DNA of 64,000 nt from Thermoproteota archaeon (GTDB taxonomy: Archaea > Korarchaeota > Korarchaeia > Korarchaeales > Korarchaeaceae): the NCBI GenBank assembly GCA_027492205.1, contig JAOZFN010000007.1, positions 123,278-187,277 of the forward strand. The letters are read 5' to 3'. A program made the position numbers and the translations under genes. Positions 1 through 9,473 of this stretch are shown piece after piece. How positions within the stretch are numbered: position 1 is the stretch's first letter; every line of letters begins with the position of its first letter. The notes beneath the pieces are model-generated. The model was not told where the DNA came from, did not search any database, and saw nothing but the letters and a program-made list of their open reading frames with translations.

Positions 1-1
1 A

Positions 2-163
2 GCCGAGAACACGAGGCTGATCCTTGGAAAGCTCGACAGGCTTGACGACATCGCCAGGGGGATCGAGGAGCTCGGCTCGAGGATGGAGGAGAGGGTGAGC
101 AGGCTCGAGGAGGAGCTTCACTCGCTGAAGGAGGAGCTTAGGCGCTCTGGAGTCATCTCCTGA
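2..163 (+). CDS. 3' end of a gene entering from the left, coiled-coil C-terminus, unknown function
   Basis: Frame from base 2 reads AENTRLILGKLDRLDDIARGIEELGSRMEERVSRLEEELHSLKEELRRSGVIS, TGA at 161-163, with heptad pattern and host-like codons. Confidence 0.7.
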   Translation, partial: AENTRLILGKLDRLDDIARGIEELGSRMEERVSRLEEELHSLKEELRRSGVIS

Positions 164-284
164 TTCCCAAAAAAGTTGGGGGCGTCGCTCTCGGGCGCTT
201 CGGCCCGGTAGGTCCTGCCGCCCTCCGAGGTCGGACCGCCGCTCGCTCGGCCCCCTCCGTGGCCGCCCGGCGCCCCGCCCCACG

Positions 285-317
285 CCCTCACCCTTACCCT
301 TACCCTCACCCTCACCC
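285..317 (-). repeat. Hexamer tandem repeat (GGGTRA)x5.5, potential G-quadruplex
   Basis: Plus strand ccctca ccctta ccctta ccctca ccctca ccc. The minus strand has six GGG tracts with 3-nt loops. Confidence 0.8.
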
Positions 318-332
318 GCGGGCCGCTCTGGC

Positions 333-1091
333 CTAGGGGTCGGCCGGGATTCCCTGGACTCTCCGGAGCTGGGCGACCGTCCCCATCCTGACTACCCCGG
401 CCTCTGAATCCGTGGCAATCACCTCAAACTGACCCAGGTCGAGCTCGGAGAGGATGGGGCTGAGGAGGCCCCTCCTGGGGGCTGAGAGGATGTCCGTGCC
501 AGGCGCCAGGGGTGAGATCGCCGGGAGTACTAGGATCTTGACGTCGTCCAGACCCCCCAGTAGGGCGCACTTGAACTTCCGCTTGACCCCGAGCTCGTCC
601 CTGAGCCCTATGGCCGGGTGCTCGTGGCCCATGATCACCGCCTCCGCCCCCTCGGGGAGGGCCTCCAGGGGCTTGTGCCCGTGGACGAGATAGTATCGGC
701 CCACCTCAACCCCGGGATCGTGGAGGGGAATGTCCTCCCTCCTCAATATTGGGATCAGGAAGTTGTCGTGGTTTCCGCGGACGACGTGGATCTCGACCGA
801 CTCCTTGAGGCTCCTTATCAGGTCCAGGACCTCAACCCACTCCTGCCTGGTGGCCCCGCCGAACTCGTGCTTCACGTCGCCCAGGAGCACCAGGAGTTCC
901 GGGTCGAACCTCTCCAGCGCCTCGAGTATGGCGAGCTTGATCCTGCCGTACTGGCTCCGGGGGAGGTGGATCCCGCTCTCCAGGAGGACCTCCTCGTAAC
1001 CTATGTGGAGGTCAGCAATCAGGAGGGCGCCCAGGTCGTGTAGGAAGGCCCCGTGGGGGAAGATCGTGACCTCTCCCACCCTGACGGACAA
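333..1091 (-). CDS. Lhr-associated metallophosphoesterase (calcineurin-like, COG1407-type)
   Basis: Motifs ADLHIG, LGDVKH, RGNHD, HGH, GHEHP. Starts 4 nt after the lhr stop codon. Confidence 0.9.
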   Translation of the reverse strand: MSVRVGEVTIFPHGAFLHDLGALLIADLHIGYEEVLLESGIHLPRSQYGRIKLAILEALERFDPELLVLLGDVKHEFGGATRQEWVEVLDLIRSLKESVEIHVVRGNHDNFLIPILRREDIPLHDPGVEVGRYYLVHGHKPLEALPEGAEAVIMGHEHPAIGLRDELGVKRKFKCALLGGLDDVKILVLPAISPLAPGTDILSAPRRGLLSPILSELDLGQFEVIATDSEAGVVRMGTVAQLRRVQGIPADP

Positions 1092-1095
1092 GGGC

Positions 1096-3750
1096 TCACC
1101 CCCCTCCGGCGCGCTGACCGGCCTCCACGAGCTCCAGGACCATCCTGTGGAACCTCTCCAGCATGGCCCTCCTGTCCTCCATGAGGACCACGTCGCTGAG
1201 GCCCTGCAGCACTATCCCGTGGGAGAAGGGTGATGGAACGTTCAGTGGAGGCAGCTCGACCTCCCTGGCCCTCCCCTCCCTCAGGGACCTCAGGACCAGC
1301 TCGGCGGTCTCCACGTCCATGAAGTCCTCCATGATCTCGCGGTACGTCTCCCTCAGGAGGGGGAAGCCCTCTATGTCCGAGACCGCCTTGAGGAGCGTCT
1401 CAGCGCTGGCCTGCTGTCGGCTGACCCTTATCTCGTGCCCCTTGTAGTTCCTCAGGATCATCAGGCCGCGGGCGGCGACGTGCCGAAACCTCCTCTTGAG
1501 GAGCTCCGTGTTCGCCAGGGCCGAGCGGAGGGTGGCCCTCAGCCCGTCGGGGTCCAGCTCGCTCAGCAGCCCCTGGGGCTCGACCCCCCTCGGGAAGACC
1601 AGGGCGAAGCCGTTGTCGGCGACGACCACACCCAGGTTCCTGCCCACCCTCCGCCCGACCACGTAGGCCAGCGCCCTCGAGAGCGCGTCGTTCGCCCTCC
1701 TGCCCACGAGCGTGTGGAACACGCGGTAGGAGTTCCCGTCCTCTGATAGGTAGGTCTCCACCAGGATGACCTCGTCCGACGGAAATTCGTCCAGCCCCAG
1801 AGACCGCAGGAAGACCAGCTGCTCCCGGATGTACTCGAATATCGCTCGGGCGGCCTTCTCGTCGGTCGAGCACTCCCTCGCGATCTCGGCCACGATCTCC
1901 CCTCGATCTCTCCCCCCCTCTATCTCCCCGGCTATTCGGGCCCTGAACCTGGCGATCTGAACGGCGAGATCGTAGCTCAGGGGGAGCATCTCGCTGAACC
2001 AGGATGGAACGGTGGGCTTCTGATCGAACGCCGGCCTGACGTACACCTTGAGGCCCTTGGCCCCCACGAACTCGTACACCCTCCCGGCCAGAACGAACCT
2101 GTCGCCCGGCGAGAGGCGCTCCACGAACTCCTCCTCCAGGTTGCCGATGTACCTGTTGTTCTCGACGTTGTAGACCCTGGCCGCCACCTCGTCGGGTATC
2201 GTCCCGATGTTGGTGGCGTAGATGACCCTGGCGTACCTCCCCCTCCTCCCGAAGGCCCCCTCGCCCGGGTCGTACCAGATCTTCCCGTACACCTTGTAGG
2301 TCTCCAGCTCCGAGTACCCGCCGGAGAGGTACCTCAGGACGGACTCGAACTCCTCCCACGTCAGGTTCCTGTACGGGTAGGCCCTCCTGACGAGTTCGAA
2401 GGCCTCCCTGGCGTCCCACCTCCTCTCCACCGCCATGCCGGCCAGGTGCTGGGCCAGGACGTCTAGGGCCTTCTGGGGGATTCTGGCCCTGTCGAGGTGG
2501 CCGCTGAGGGCCTCCCTCACCATGACCGCGACCTCGACCGCGTCGTCCCTGTCCACAACGACGAACCTCCCCTTGCTGACCTCGTGGAGCCTGTGGCCGG
2601 CCCTGCCGACCCTCTGGAGGGCCCTCGTGACGGACTTCGGCGACCCTACCTGGGCCACGAGGTCGATGTACCCTATGTCTATGCCCAGCTCCAGGCTCGT
2701 GCTCGACACTATCGCCCTCAGCTCGCCCCTCTTCAGACGCTCCTCGACGTCGTGTCTCACGTGCCTCGACAGCGAGCTGTGGTGCGCGGCTATGGACTCG
2801 TCCGCGTCCAAGTCCTCGACCCCCTCGTTCAGGAGTTTCTTGAGGTGGAACACGACCCTCTCGGTCCCGCTCCTGGTGTTGGTGAAGATCAGCGTGGTCC
2901 TGTGTCTCCTGACGAGGTCCGCCAGGAGCTCGTACATCCTCTGGCTCACGACCGCCGAGGGGGTGTGTACCAAGTCGTCGACCGGGCACAGGACCTTCAG
3001 GTCCAGCGGCTTGGCGTACCTGGCGTCGACTATCAGGCAGTCCCTCGGGCGGCCGTTCTCGTATCCGACGAGGAACTCGGCCACCACCTCGAGCGGGTTG
3101 ATCGTCGCCGACAGGCCTATCCTCACGGGCGATCGTCCTGCCAACTCCTCCAGCCTCTCCAGGGAGAGGCTCAGGTGAACGCCCCGCTTGTTCTCGACCA
3201 GGCTGTGGATCTCGTCGACTATGACCCACTCCACCCCCTCGAGGTGCCGCCGGAACTTCGGGGCGACCAGGACTATGGCGAGGGTCTCTGGCGTGGTTAT
3301 CAGGATGTGGGGCGGCCTCCTCAGCTGCCTCTGCCTCTCGCTGGGCGGGGTGTCCCCCGTCCGAACGGCGTGCCTGATCTCCTGGGCCTCGATCCCCCTC
3401 TCCCGGGCCAGCTGGTAGACCCCCCTGAGGGGAACCTCGAGGTTCCTGTAGACGTCGTTGTTCAGCGCGCGCAGGGGGGACACGTAGACCGCGTAGATTC
3501 TGTCCTCCAGTTCCCCCCTGCTCGCCAGGGAGAAGAGCTTGCTCACGATCCCGAGGAAGGCGGCGAGGGTCTTCCCGGTGCCCGTGGGGCTGGAGACCAG
3601 GACGTTCTTCCCCTCGAGTATCGGGACCACCGCGTACTCCTGCGGGGGAGAGAGTGAGCTGAAGTTGGCGGAGAACCACTCGGCCACCGTCGGGTCGAGC
3701 CTCGATAGCACCTCCTCGTAGCTGTACCTCCTCTCGGCCCAGGAGATCAT
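1096..3750 (-). CDS. lhr: Lhr-family SF2 ATP-dependent helicase
   Basis: SPTGTGKT, YVSPLRAL, TTPETL, DEIH, LSAT, FTNTR, HHSSL, LELGID, QRVGRAGH and the Lhr C-terminal domain 4. Confidence 0.95.
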   Translation of the reverse strand: MISWAERRYSYEEVLSRLDPTVAEWFSANFSSLSPPQEYAVVPILEGKNVLVSSPTGTGKTLAAFLGIVSKLFSLASRGELEDRIYAVYVSPLRALNNDVYRNLEVPLRGVYQLARERGIEAQEIRHAVRTGDTPPSERQRQLRRPPHILITTPETLAIVLVAPKFRRHLEGVEWVIVDEIHSLVENKRGVHLSLSLERLEELAGRSPVRIGLSATINPLEVVAEFLVGYENGRPRDCLIVDARYAKPLDLKVLCPVDDLVHTPSAVVSQRMYELLADLVRRHRTTLIFTNTRSGTERVVFHLKKLLNEGVEDLDADESIAAHHSSLSRHVRHDVEERLKRGELRAIVSSTSLELGIDIGYIDLVAQVGSPKSVTRALQRVGRAGHRLHEVSKGRFVVVDRDDAVEVAVMVREALSGHLDRARIPQKALDVLAQHLAGMAVERRWDAREAFELVRRAYPYRNLTWEEFESVLRYLSGGYSELETYKVYGKIWYDPGEGAFGRRGRYARVIYATNIGTIPDEVAARVYNVENNRYIGNLEEEFVERLSPGDRFVLAGRVYEFVGAKGLKVYVRPAFDQKPTVPSWFSEMLPLSYDLAVQIARFRARIAGEIEGGRDRGEIVAEIARECSTDEKAARAIFEYIREQLVFLRSLGLDEFPSDEVILVETYLSEDGNSYRVFHTLVGRRANDALSRALAYVVGRRVGRNLGVVVADNGFALVFPRGVEPQGLLSELDPDGLRATLRSALANTELLKRRFRHVAARGLMILRNYKGHEIRVSRQQASAETLLKAVSDIEGFPLLRETYREIMEDFMDVETAELVLRSLREGRAREVELPPLNVPSPFSHGIVLQGLSDVVLMEDRRAMLERFHRMVLELVEAGQRAGGG

Positions 3751-3836
3751 TCAGGTCGTCACCCGCCGCGGGGTATATTGAGGTTGGCGGCGGGCGGCGC
3801 CGCTCGGCCCGGCGGTCTCCCCGTCAAGGGGGCGTC

Positions 3837-4580
3837 TCAGCCACGCAATCGGATCAGGGCCTTCTCCGAGTAGGGCCTCAGGTCTCTCGTGCCGCCTCCT
3901 TCGGCCACCACCCTCATGGCCGAGTGGGGATCCGTGAACCTGACGCCGGCGAGCGCGGTGACCCCCCTGGCCTGAAAGGGCTCCGGGACCATTGGGACGC
4001 TCGGGCCAACTACGATCCTCTCCCTGGCGTCGGAGGAGAGTTCCAGAGCCCTCTCGAGGGTCTTGTTGGGGATCGTGGAGCCTGTCGCGAGGAGGACGGT
4101 GCACCTGGGGGCCAGCTCCTCCACGGCCCAGTCGGGGAGTACCCCGCGGGAGATCTTAGGCGGCCTCTCCAGCACCCACAGCTCGGCCACGGCGGCCCTG
4201 ATCCTGTCGAGGTAGGGCTGTGGGAAGCCGCCGAGGACGCACACCCGATCGTCCGGCCTCAGGTCAACCTCGTCGAGGGGGTCGGCTCGCCGGTACTCCC
4301 CGGGATCGGCGGCGGCGGAGAGTGTGGCAACCCCGATGGAGGACTCGACCCCGGTCGGAGAGAACGCCAGCCTCGCCAACTCGTCGGCGCGGCGGCCCCT
4401 GGCCCCGCCGGGCGGGGGAGTCCTCTCTGCGCTCCTCCCCTCCAGGACCGTGTAGCACACCCCCAGCCTGTCTCGATCGAGGAGGACGCCAGTGTAGGGG
4501 AAGCTCACCGCGAGGTCGCTGATCGTGGACCCCCGGAGTTCACCCTCCAGCACGCCGTATATCTCCCTGAGCAGGTCCAC
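3837..4580 (-). CDS. DUF364/COG2014 Rossmann-like domain protein
   Basis: SIGVATLSA, VLLATGSTIPNKTLERALEL, VVGPSVPM and GVTALAG are typical of the family. Start moved to GTG 4580 because the longer ORF overlaps moeA antisense. Confidence 0.75.
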   Translation of the reverse strand: MDLLREIYGVLEGELRGSTISDLAVSFPYTGVLLDRDRLGVCYTVLEGRSAERTPPPGGARGRRADELARLAFSPTGVESSIGVATLSAAADPGEYRRADPLDEVDLRPDDRVCVLGGFPQPYLDRIRAAVAELWVLERPPKISRGVLPDWAVEELAPRCTVLLATGSTIPNKTLERALELSSDARERIVVGPSVPMVPEPFQARGVTALAGVRFTDPHSAMRVVAEGGGTRDLRPYSEKALIRLRG

Positions 4581-4671
4581 GCCGCCTTGGTGCCGTGGAG
4601 ATCCAATAAATCGGGGCGCCTGTTGGGCGCCCACACTTTTTACGACCCAGCTCGGGAGCGATCCGAGGCCG

Positions 4672-5949
4672 ATGAGCCACGTCTGGAGGGGATTTCGGAG
4701 GCTCACGAGGATCGATGCGGCCAGAGACTCTTTCTTCCGCTCAGTAAAGCTTGAGCCGACTGAGCCAGAGGAGGTCGCGCTCTCAGAGGCCCTCTGGAGG
4801 GTGCTCGCGGAGGACGTGAGCGCCCCGGCCGACGTCCCTCCCAGGCCGAGGGCCGCCCTCGACGGATACGCGGTGAGGTCCACGGACACCCTCGGAGCCT
4901 CTCCAGAGTCCCCAATCGTGCTGCGGGTCGTGGGCGAGGTCAGGGCCGGGCACCCGCCGGACTTCAGCCTCTCCGCGGGGGAGGCCGCCAGGATATTCAC
5001 GGGCGCGTACCTTCCGGAAGGCGCGGACGCGGTGGTCCCGGTGGAGGTCGCCGAGGAGCTGGGGGAGTCCGTGGAGATCTACACACAGGTTCCAGCGTGG
5101 AAGAACGTCGCCAGGCCGGGAGAGGACGTGAAGAGGGGAGAGCTCGTTCTGAGAGCCGGGACGCCCCTGGGCCCGTACGAGATCGGCCTGCTGGCCGAGC
5201 TGAACATCCCCAGGGTTCCGGTGAGGAGGAGGCCGAGGGTCGCTCTGGCCTGCACGGGAGACGAGATAGTCGAGGTCGGCGGGGATGTCCCCCTGGGGAA
5301 GGTCCCAAACTCCCTCAGGTTCATCGTGGAGGCGATGATCAGGCAGGCGGGCGGGGAGCCCACCTACCTCGGGATGGTCGAGGATGAGCCGGGCGAACTC
5401 ATCCGAGCCGTAGAGTCGGCGAGGGACGCCGACTTGATCCTGACGACGGGGGGCACCAGCGTGGGGAAGGCCGACATGGTGTACAGGGCCGTCCTGGAGG
5501 CCGGCGGTGAGATGGTTGTGCACGGGGTCGCCGCCATGCCCGGGCGTCCAGCCCTCTTGGCGAAGCTCCCCGACGGGAGGCCGTGGATCGGTCTGCCGGG
5601 TTACCCGGTTGCCGCCGTGGTGGACTTCAGGCTGTTCGCCGCACCGGCAATCTGGAGGCTCCTGGGCCTCAGGTGGAGGCCCCTGGCCCCCGGGGTGAGG
5701 GCCAGGCTGGTCGCGCCGATCCCCTCATCTCCGGGCGTCAGGCACTTCGCCAGGGTCAGGCTGACGCTGTCTGAGGCCGGGGACCTGCTGGCGGAGCCCG
5801 TCAGGGTGAGCGGGTCCGGGATACTCAGCTCCCTCGTGAGGGCCGACGGCCTCGTGGAGGTTCCGGAGGATGTGGAGGGATACCCGGAGGGCTCGGTGGT
5901 CTGGGTCGAGCTGCTGACCCCGTACGAGAGGTGGAGGGAATGGGTCTGA
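4672..5949 (+). CDS. moeA: Molybdopterin molybdenum/tungsten transferase MoeA (short paralogue)
   Basis: RVLAEDV, ALDGYAV, IFTGAYLPEGADAVV, TGDEI, TTGGTSVG, PGRP, GLPGYP. ATG at 4672. Confidence 0.93.
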   Translation: MSHVWRGFRRLTRIDAARDSFFRSVKLEPTEPEEVALSEALWRVLAEDVSAPADVPPRPRAALDGYAVRSTDTLGASPESPIVLRVVGEVRAGHPPDFSLSAGEAARIFTGAYLPEGADAVVPVEVAEELGESVEIYTQVPAWKNVARPGEDVKRGELVLRAGTPLGPYEIGLLAELNIPRVPVRRRPRVALACTGDEIVEVGGDVPLGKVPNSLRFIVEAMIRQAGGEPTYLGMVEDEPGELIRAVESARDADLILTTGGTSVGKADMVYRAVLEAGGEMVVHGVAAMPGRPALLAKLPDGRPWIGLPGYPVAAVVDFRLFAAPAIWRLLGLRWRPLAPGVRARLVAPIPSSPGVRHFARVRLTLSEAGDLLAEPVRVSGSGILSSLVRADGLVEVPEDVEGYPEGSVVWVELLTPYERWREWV

Positions 5950-6698
5950 GGGTCCTGCTGGCGGCGATGGGGGGCCTGGGGATAGGGGCCGTGAGCGCGA
6001 TGACGGGGACGGGAGGGGGCACCCTCCTCGTGCCTCTCTACACACTCGTGCTCGGCATGGACATGAAGTCGGCCGTCGCGACCAGCCTGATGACGATGCC
6101 GCTCACGGCGCTGAGTTCCATACTCGTCTACCGAGAGATAATCGACTACAAGCTGGGTCTGGCCCTCGAGGCCACGACGACCGTGGGGGCGTACCTCGGA
6201 GCCAGGGCGGTGACCTCCATCCCGGAGGGGGCCCTCAGGATGGCGTTCGCCGTCGTCCTGGGATTCGTGGCCTTCAACATGCTTCGCAGGAGGGAGTCGT
6301 CCGACGATGCCGGGCTCAGGCGAGGCTGCTCGCGGCTATTCACCGCCATGGGCGTGTCATTTCTGGCGGGTGCCTTCAGCGGGATGCTGGGGATAGGGGG
6401 AGGAACGATCAAGGTCCCCATACTCGTGCTCGTATGCGGCACCGGCGCCAAGACGGCCGTCGCGACGTCCATGTTCATGATAGCGATCACCTCCACGGTG
6501 GGAGCGACGACCCACTACCTGGAGGGGAGGGGGCACCCGCTGATCGCGCTGATCACGGCCACCGGGCTCGTGGTGGGCGCCAGGGCGGGGGCTAAGAAGG
6601 CGATGGGACTTAGGGGAACCACTGTCAGGAGGATATTCGCGGCGTTTCTCATGCTGGTGGCCCTGAGGATGGCCCTACAGGCGTGGGGGATAATATGA
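5940..6698 (+). CDS. TSUP (TauE/SafE) family membrane transporter
   Basis: Duplicated G-x-GGG and AVATS motifs, about 8 hydrophobic helices. Overlaps both flanking moeA genes. Confidence 0.9.
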   Translation: MGLRVLLAAMGGLGIGAVSAMTGTGGGTLLVPLYTLVLGMDMKSAVATSLMTMPLTALSSILVYREIIDYKLGLALEATTTVGAYLGARAVTSIPEGALRMAFAVVLGFVAFNMLRRRESSDDAGLRRGCSRLFTAMGVSFLAGAFSGMLGIGGGTIKVPILVLVCGTGAKTAVATSMFMIAITSTVGATTHYLEGRGHPLIALITATGLVVGARAGAKKAMGLRGTTVRRIFAAFLMLVALRMALQAWGII

Positions 6699-8698
6699 GA
6701 GATGGAAGGAGGGTCTTTCGGAGCCTCAGCTCGGTTGACCGGGTGAGATCGGAGATCTGGGCCCGGCTCAGGGGGTTCGAGAGGAGGGTCGAGGAGATCC
6801 CCCTCGCAGAGGCCCTGGGGAGGGTGCTGGCCGAGGACGTCGTCTCGCCGGTGGACATACCGGGGTTTGACAGATCCACAAAGGACGGATACGCGGTCCG
6901 GGCCGAGGACACCTTCGGAGCCGATCAGGAGAATCCCGTCTCCCTCAGGATCTTGGGGGTTGCCTCGGCCGGGCACCCGTACCGCGGGGCGGTGGGTGAG
7001 GGAGAGGCCGTGGAGATAGCGACGGGGGCGCCCGTCCCCCTCGGCGCCGACGCCGTCGTCATGGTGGAGTACACCCGCCGGCTGGGGGATGTGGTTCAGG
7101 TGTATCGGGCCGTGGCGCCCGGGGAGAACGTTCAGTCGGCCGGAAGGGACGTCAACCTTGGGGAGACCCTGGTCTGGAGTGGGGACGCAATCGGGCCGAG
7201 GGAGATCGGGGTACTCGCGGCCGCGGGGATCGATCGGGTCAAGGTCTACTCACGCCCCCGGGTCGCGGTGATCAGCACTGGAGACGAGCTGACGCCGCAG
7301 GGGGTGGGCCTGGAGTACGGGAAGATCTACGACATCAACGGTCCCGCGCTTTGCGCCTCGATAAGGGAGGACGGCGGAGAGCCCGTATACATGGGGATAG
7401 CCGGGGATGAGGAGTCGGAGATCGCGAGGCTGATAGAGGAGGGTATTTCCAAGGCCGATCTGCTGGTGGTGTCGGGGAGCACAAGCGCCGGCGCCGGAGA
7501 CGTGATCTACAGGGTACTTGACAGGATCGGAGAGCCGGGGGTGTTCGTCCACGGGGTGGCGATGCACCCCGGGAAGCCGACGGTCGTGGCTCAGATTGGT
7601 CGAAAGCTTGCGTTCGGCCTTCCCGGAAACCCCACCAGCGCCATGACTGCGTACAGGATCTTTGTGGGTCCCGTGATCAGGTACCTGGCGGGGCTCGAGC
7701 CGGAGCCCGAGTCGATGAGGATCAGGGCCACCTTGGCCGAGCGGACGAGGGCCGCCAGGGGGAGGCGCGACTTCCTGCCCGTCCACCTGGTCAGGGACGC
7801 AGAGGGGAACGTCCTGGCGTTTCGCGTTCCCGGCGGGTCCGAGGCGATAACCACCTTCTCTCGCGCCGACGGGATACTGGATGTTCCGGAGGAGGTGGAG
7901 TATCTGGAGCAGGGGGAGCCCGTGACTGTGACGCTCTTAGATCCCGAGAGGGGGCCCGCCGATCTGTCCATCGTGGGGAGTCACTGCCTAGGCCTGGAGG
8001 AGCTCCTCAGGGTCGCTAGACCAAGGCTCGGGGGGAGTCGAGTTAAAGTCGTCAGCGTGGGCTCGACAGGCGGCTTCCTCGCGGTGAGGAAGGGGGAGGC
8101 GGACGTGGCGGGCGTGCACGCGCTGGACCCTTCCACCGGAGAGTACAACGTCCCCTTCCTGAGGTCGATGGGCGTCTCCGAGGTCGCGATCCTCGTGAGG
8201 GGGTACGTCAGGGTGCAGGGCCTGATCGTGGCGCCGGGCAACCCCAAGGGGATCCGGGGGGTGGAGGACCTGCTGAGGCCAGACGTCAGGATTCTGAACA
8301 GGAACCCCGGGTCCGGCACCAGGATCCTGATGGACTGGCTGACCGAGGGGCTGGCCAGGGAGCGGGGCGTCGACGTGGAGGAGCTCAGGTCCTCCATCCG
8401 GGGGTATCGGAGCGCGGCCAAGTCCCACGCCGCCGTGGCGTCGGCGGTCAAGGCCGGGCTCGTTGATGTCGGCCCGGGCATAGAGGCCGCCGCGAGGCTG
8501 AGGGGGCTGGACTTCATCCCGCTCTGGAGGGAGCGGTACGACTTCCTGGTGAGGGTCGACCGCCTGCCCAAGCGCGAGGTCCGGGCGCTCCTGGAGACCC
8601 TGAGGTCCGTCGCGTTCCGGAAAGCCCTGGACCGGCTCCCCGGCATAGAAGCCGACGAGAGTACCGGTGAAGTTATCCACGATCCGCGGCGGGCCTAA
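6695..8698 (+). CDS. moeA: MoeA fused to a C-terminal PBP-type (molybdate/tungstate-binding-like) domain
   Basis: MoeA motifs followed by GSHC, GSTGG, NRNPGSGTR and ERYDF. ATGA overlap with the TSUP gene. Confidence 0.93.
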   Translation: MRDGRRVFRSLSSVDRVRSEIWARLRGFERRVEEIPLAEALGRVLAEDVVSPVDIPGFDRSTKDGYAVRAEDTFGADQENPVSLRILGVASAGHPYRGAVGEGEAVEIATGAPVPLGADAVVMVEYTRRLGDVVQVYRAVAPGENVQSAGRDVNLGETLVWSGDAIGPREIGVLAAAGIDRVKVYSRPRVAVISTGDELTPQGVGLEYGKIYDINGPALCASIREDGGEPVYMGIAGDEESEIARLIEEGISKADLLVVSGSTSAGAGDVIYRVLDRIGEPGVFVHGVAMHPGKPTVVAQIGRKLAFGLPGNPTSAMTAYRIFVGPVIRYLAGLEPEPESMRIRATLAERTRAARGRRDFLPVHLVRDAEGNVLAFRVPGGSEAITTFSRADGILDVPEEVEYLEQGEPVTVTLLDPERGPADLSIVGSHCLGLEELLRVARPRLGGSRVKVVSVGSTGGFLAVRKGEADVAGVHALDPSTGEYNVPFLRSMGVSEVAILVRGYVRVQGLIVAPGNPKGIRGVEDLLRPDVRILNRNPGSGTRILMDWLTEGLARERGVDVEELRSSIRGYRSAAKSHAAVASAVKAGLVDVGPGIEAAARLRGLDFIPLWRERYDFLVRVDRLPKREVRALLETLRSVAFRKALDRLPGIEADESTGEVIHDPRRA

Positions 8699-8712
8699 TG
8701 GGAAACAGAGAC

Positions 8713-9273
8713 CTATTCACCGCTTCCGTGGCCGTCGGCGTGCTTGTGCCTGTACCCTCTCGCGACCCACACTGCGTGCTCGGCTTCCGGGAGGATGAGC
8801 CTCTCAAGGGCGAGTCGGATCCCGTCTGGAGATCCCGGGAGGCAGAACACAACCGAGTCGCCGACCACCCCGGCTGTGGCCCTTGAGAGGAACGCTGCGG
8901 GTCCCACCTGCTCGTAGCTGAGCATCCGAAAGAGCTCTCCGAATCCGGGGAGCTCCTTTGTAAAAGCTGGCCGCACGGCCTCTACCGTGACGTCATTCGG
9001 GTGGGGGCCAGTGCCTCCAAGGAAGAGCACCACGTCGACCTTGCCCGCGGCCGCCCTGACCGCCTCACCTATCTCCTCCAGCGAGTCTGGCAGCACGTCC
9101 CTCTCGACGACCCGGTGACCGGCCGACTCGACGAGGCTGACCGCGAGGTCGCCGCTCTCGTCTACGAAGGCCTCTCCACGCGACTTGGCGGCGTGTCTCG
9201 AGGAGCTGACCACGAAGACGGCGAAGGTGAGCTCAGACCTGGCGCGCTCCCTGTGGCGATCTACGGACCTCAC
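8713..9273 (-). CDS. moaB: Molybdopterin adenylyltransferase, MoaB/MogA family
   Basis: DESG, GGTG, DVTVEA, LPGFGELFR, LSRATAG, CLPGS. Start is GTG 9273 or TTG 9291. Confidence 0.92.
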   Translation of the reverse strand: MRSVDRHRERARSELTFAVFVVSSSRHAAKSRGEAFVDESGDLAVSLVESAGHRVVERDVLPDSLEEIGEAVRAAAGKVDVVLFLGGTGPHPNDVTVEAVRPAFTKELPGFGELFRMLSYEQVGPAAFLSRATAGVVGDSVVFCLPGSPDGIRLALERLILPEAEHAVWVARGYRHKHADGHGSGE

Positions 9274-9347
9274 GGCTGGCGCTCCTAGCAAGATAGGTAT
9301 TCAACTTATCGTGTGTCGGTCTGGAGTGGTCAGGGGGGTCTCAGCGA

Positions 9348-9421
9348 GGGGCGGGCTCAGCGTGAGCTGGGATTCACATCCCTCGTTCGAATGATGTTCG
9401 CTCCAATCATCGCCGCGCCCC
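9348..9421 (-). ncRNA. Box C/D methylation guide sRNA (dual guide)
   Basis: Terminal stem GGGGCG/CGCCCC, C-like box GCGAUGA, D' UCGA, D CUGA. The D guide CCCAGCUCACG is complementary to the conserved 23S sequence CGUGAGCUGGG. An AT-rich box (ATTAAAAA) lies about 22 nt upstream. Confidence 0.8.
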
Positions 9422-9473
9422 TATCGGTCGGTCCATCTCGGGCTTTTTAATTCGAGTCGGGCAACCCGGAGCG

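Noticed and set aside
177-282. tRNA or tRNA-Sec call for the cloverleaf-like element
   Set aside because: No 7-nt anticodon loop, no TTC T-loop and no D-loop GG.
118-315. 65-aa ORF starting MRVRVRVRV
   Set aside because: It is the translation of the hexamer repeat and GC-rich structured DNA, and it overlaps the end of the upstream gene.
1400-3679. 759-aa alternative-frame ORF inside lhr
   Set aside because: Arg/Gly/Pro-rich and motif-free. A shadow of high-GC codon bias.
9292-9473. Moco/Wco riboswitch upstream of moaB
   Set aside because: The region is better explained by C/D boxes with rRNA-complementary guides, and I see no riboswitch consensus.
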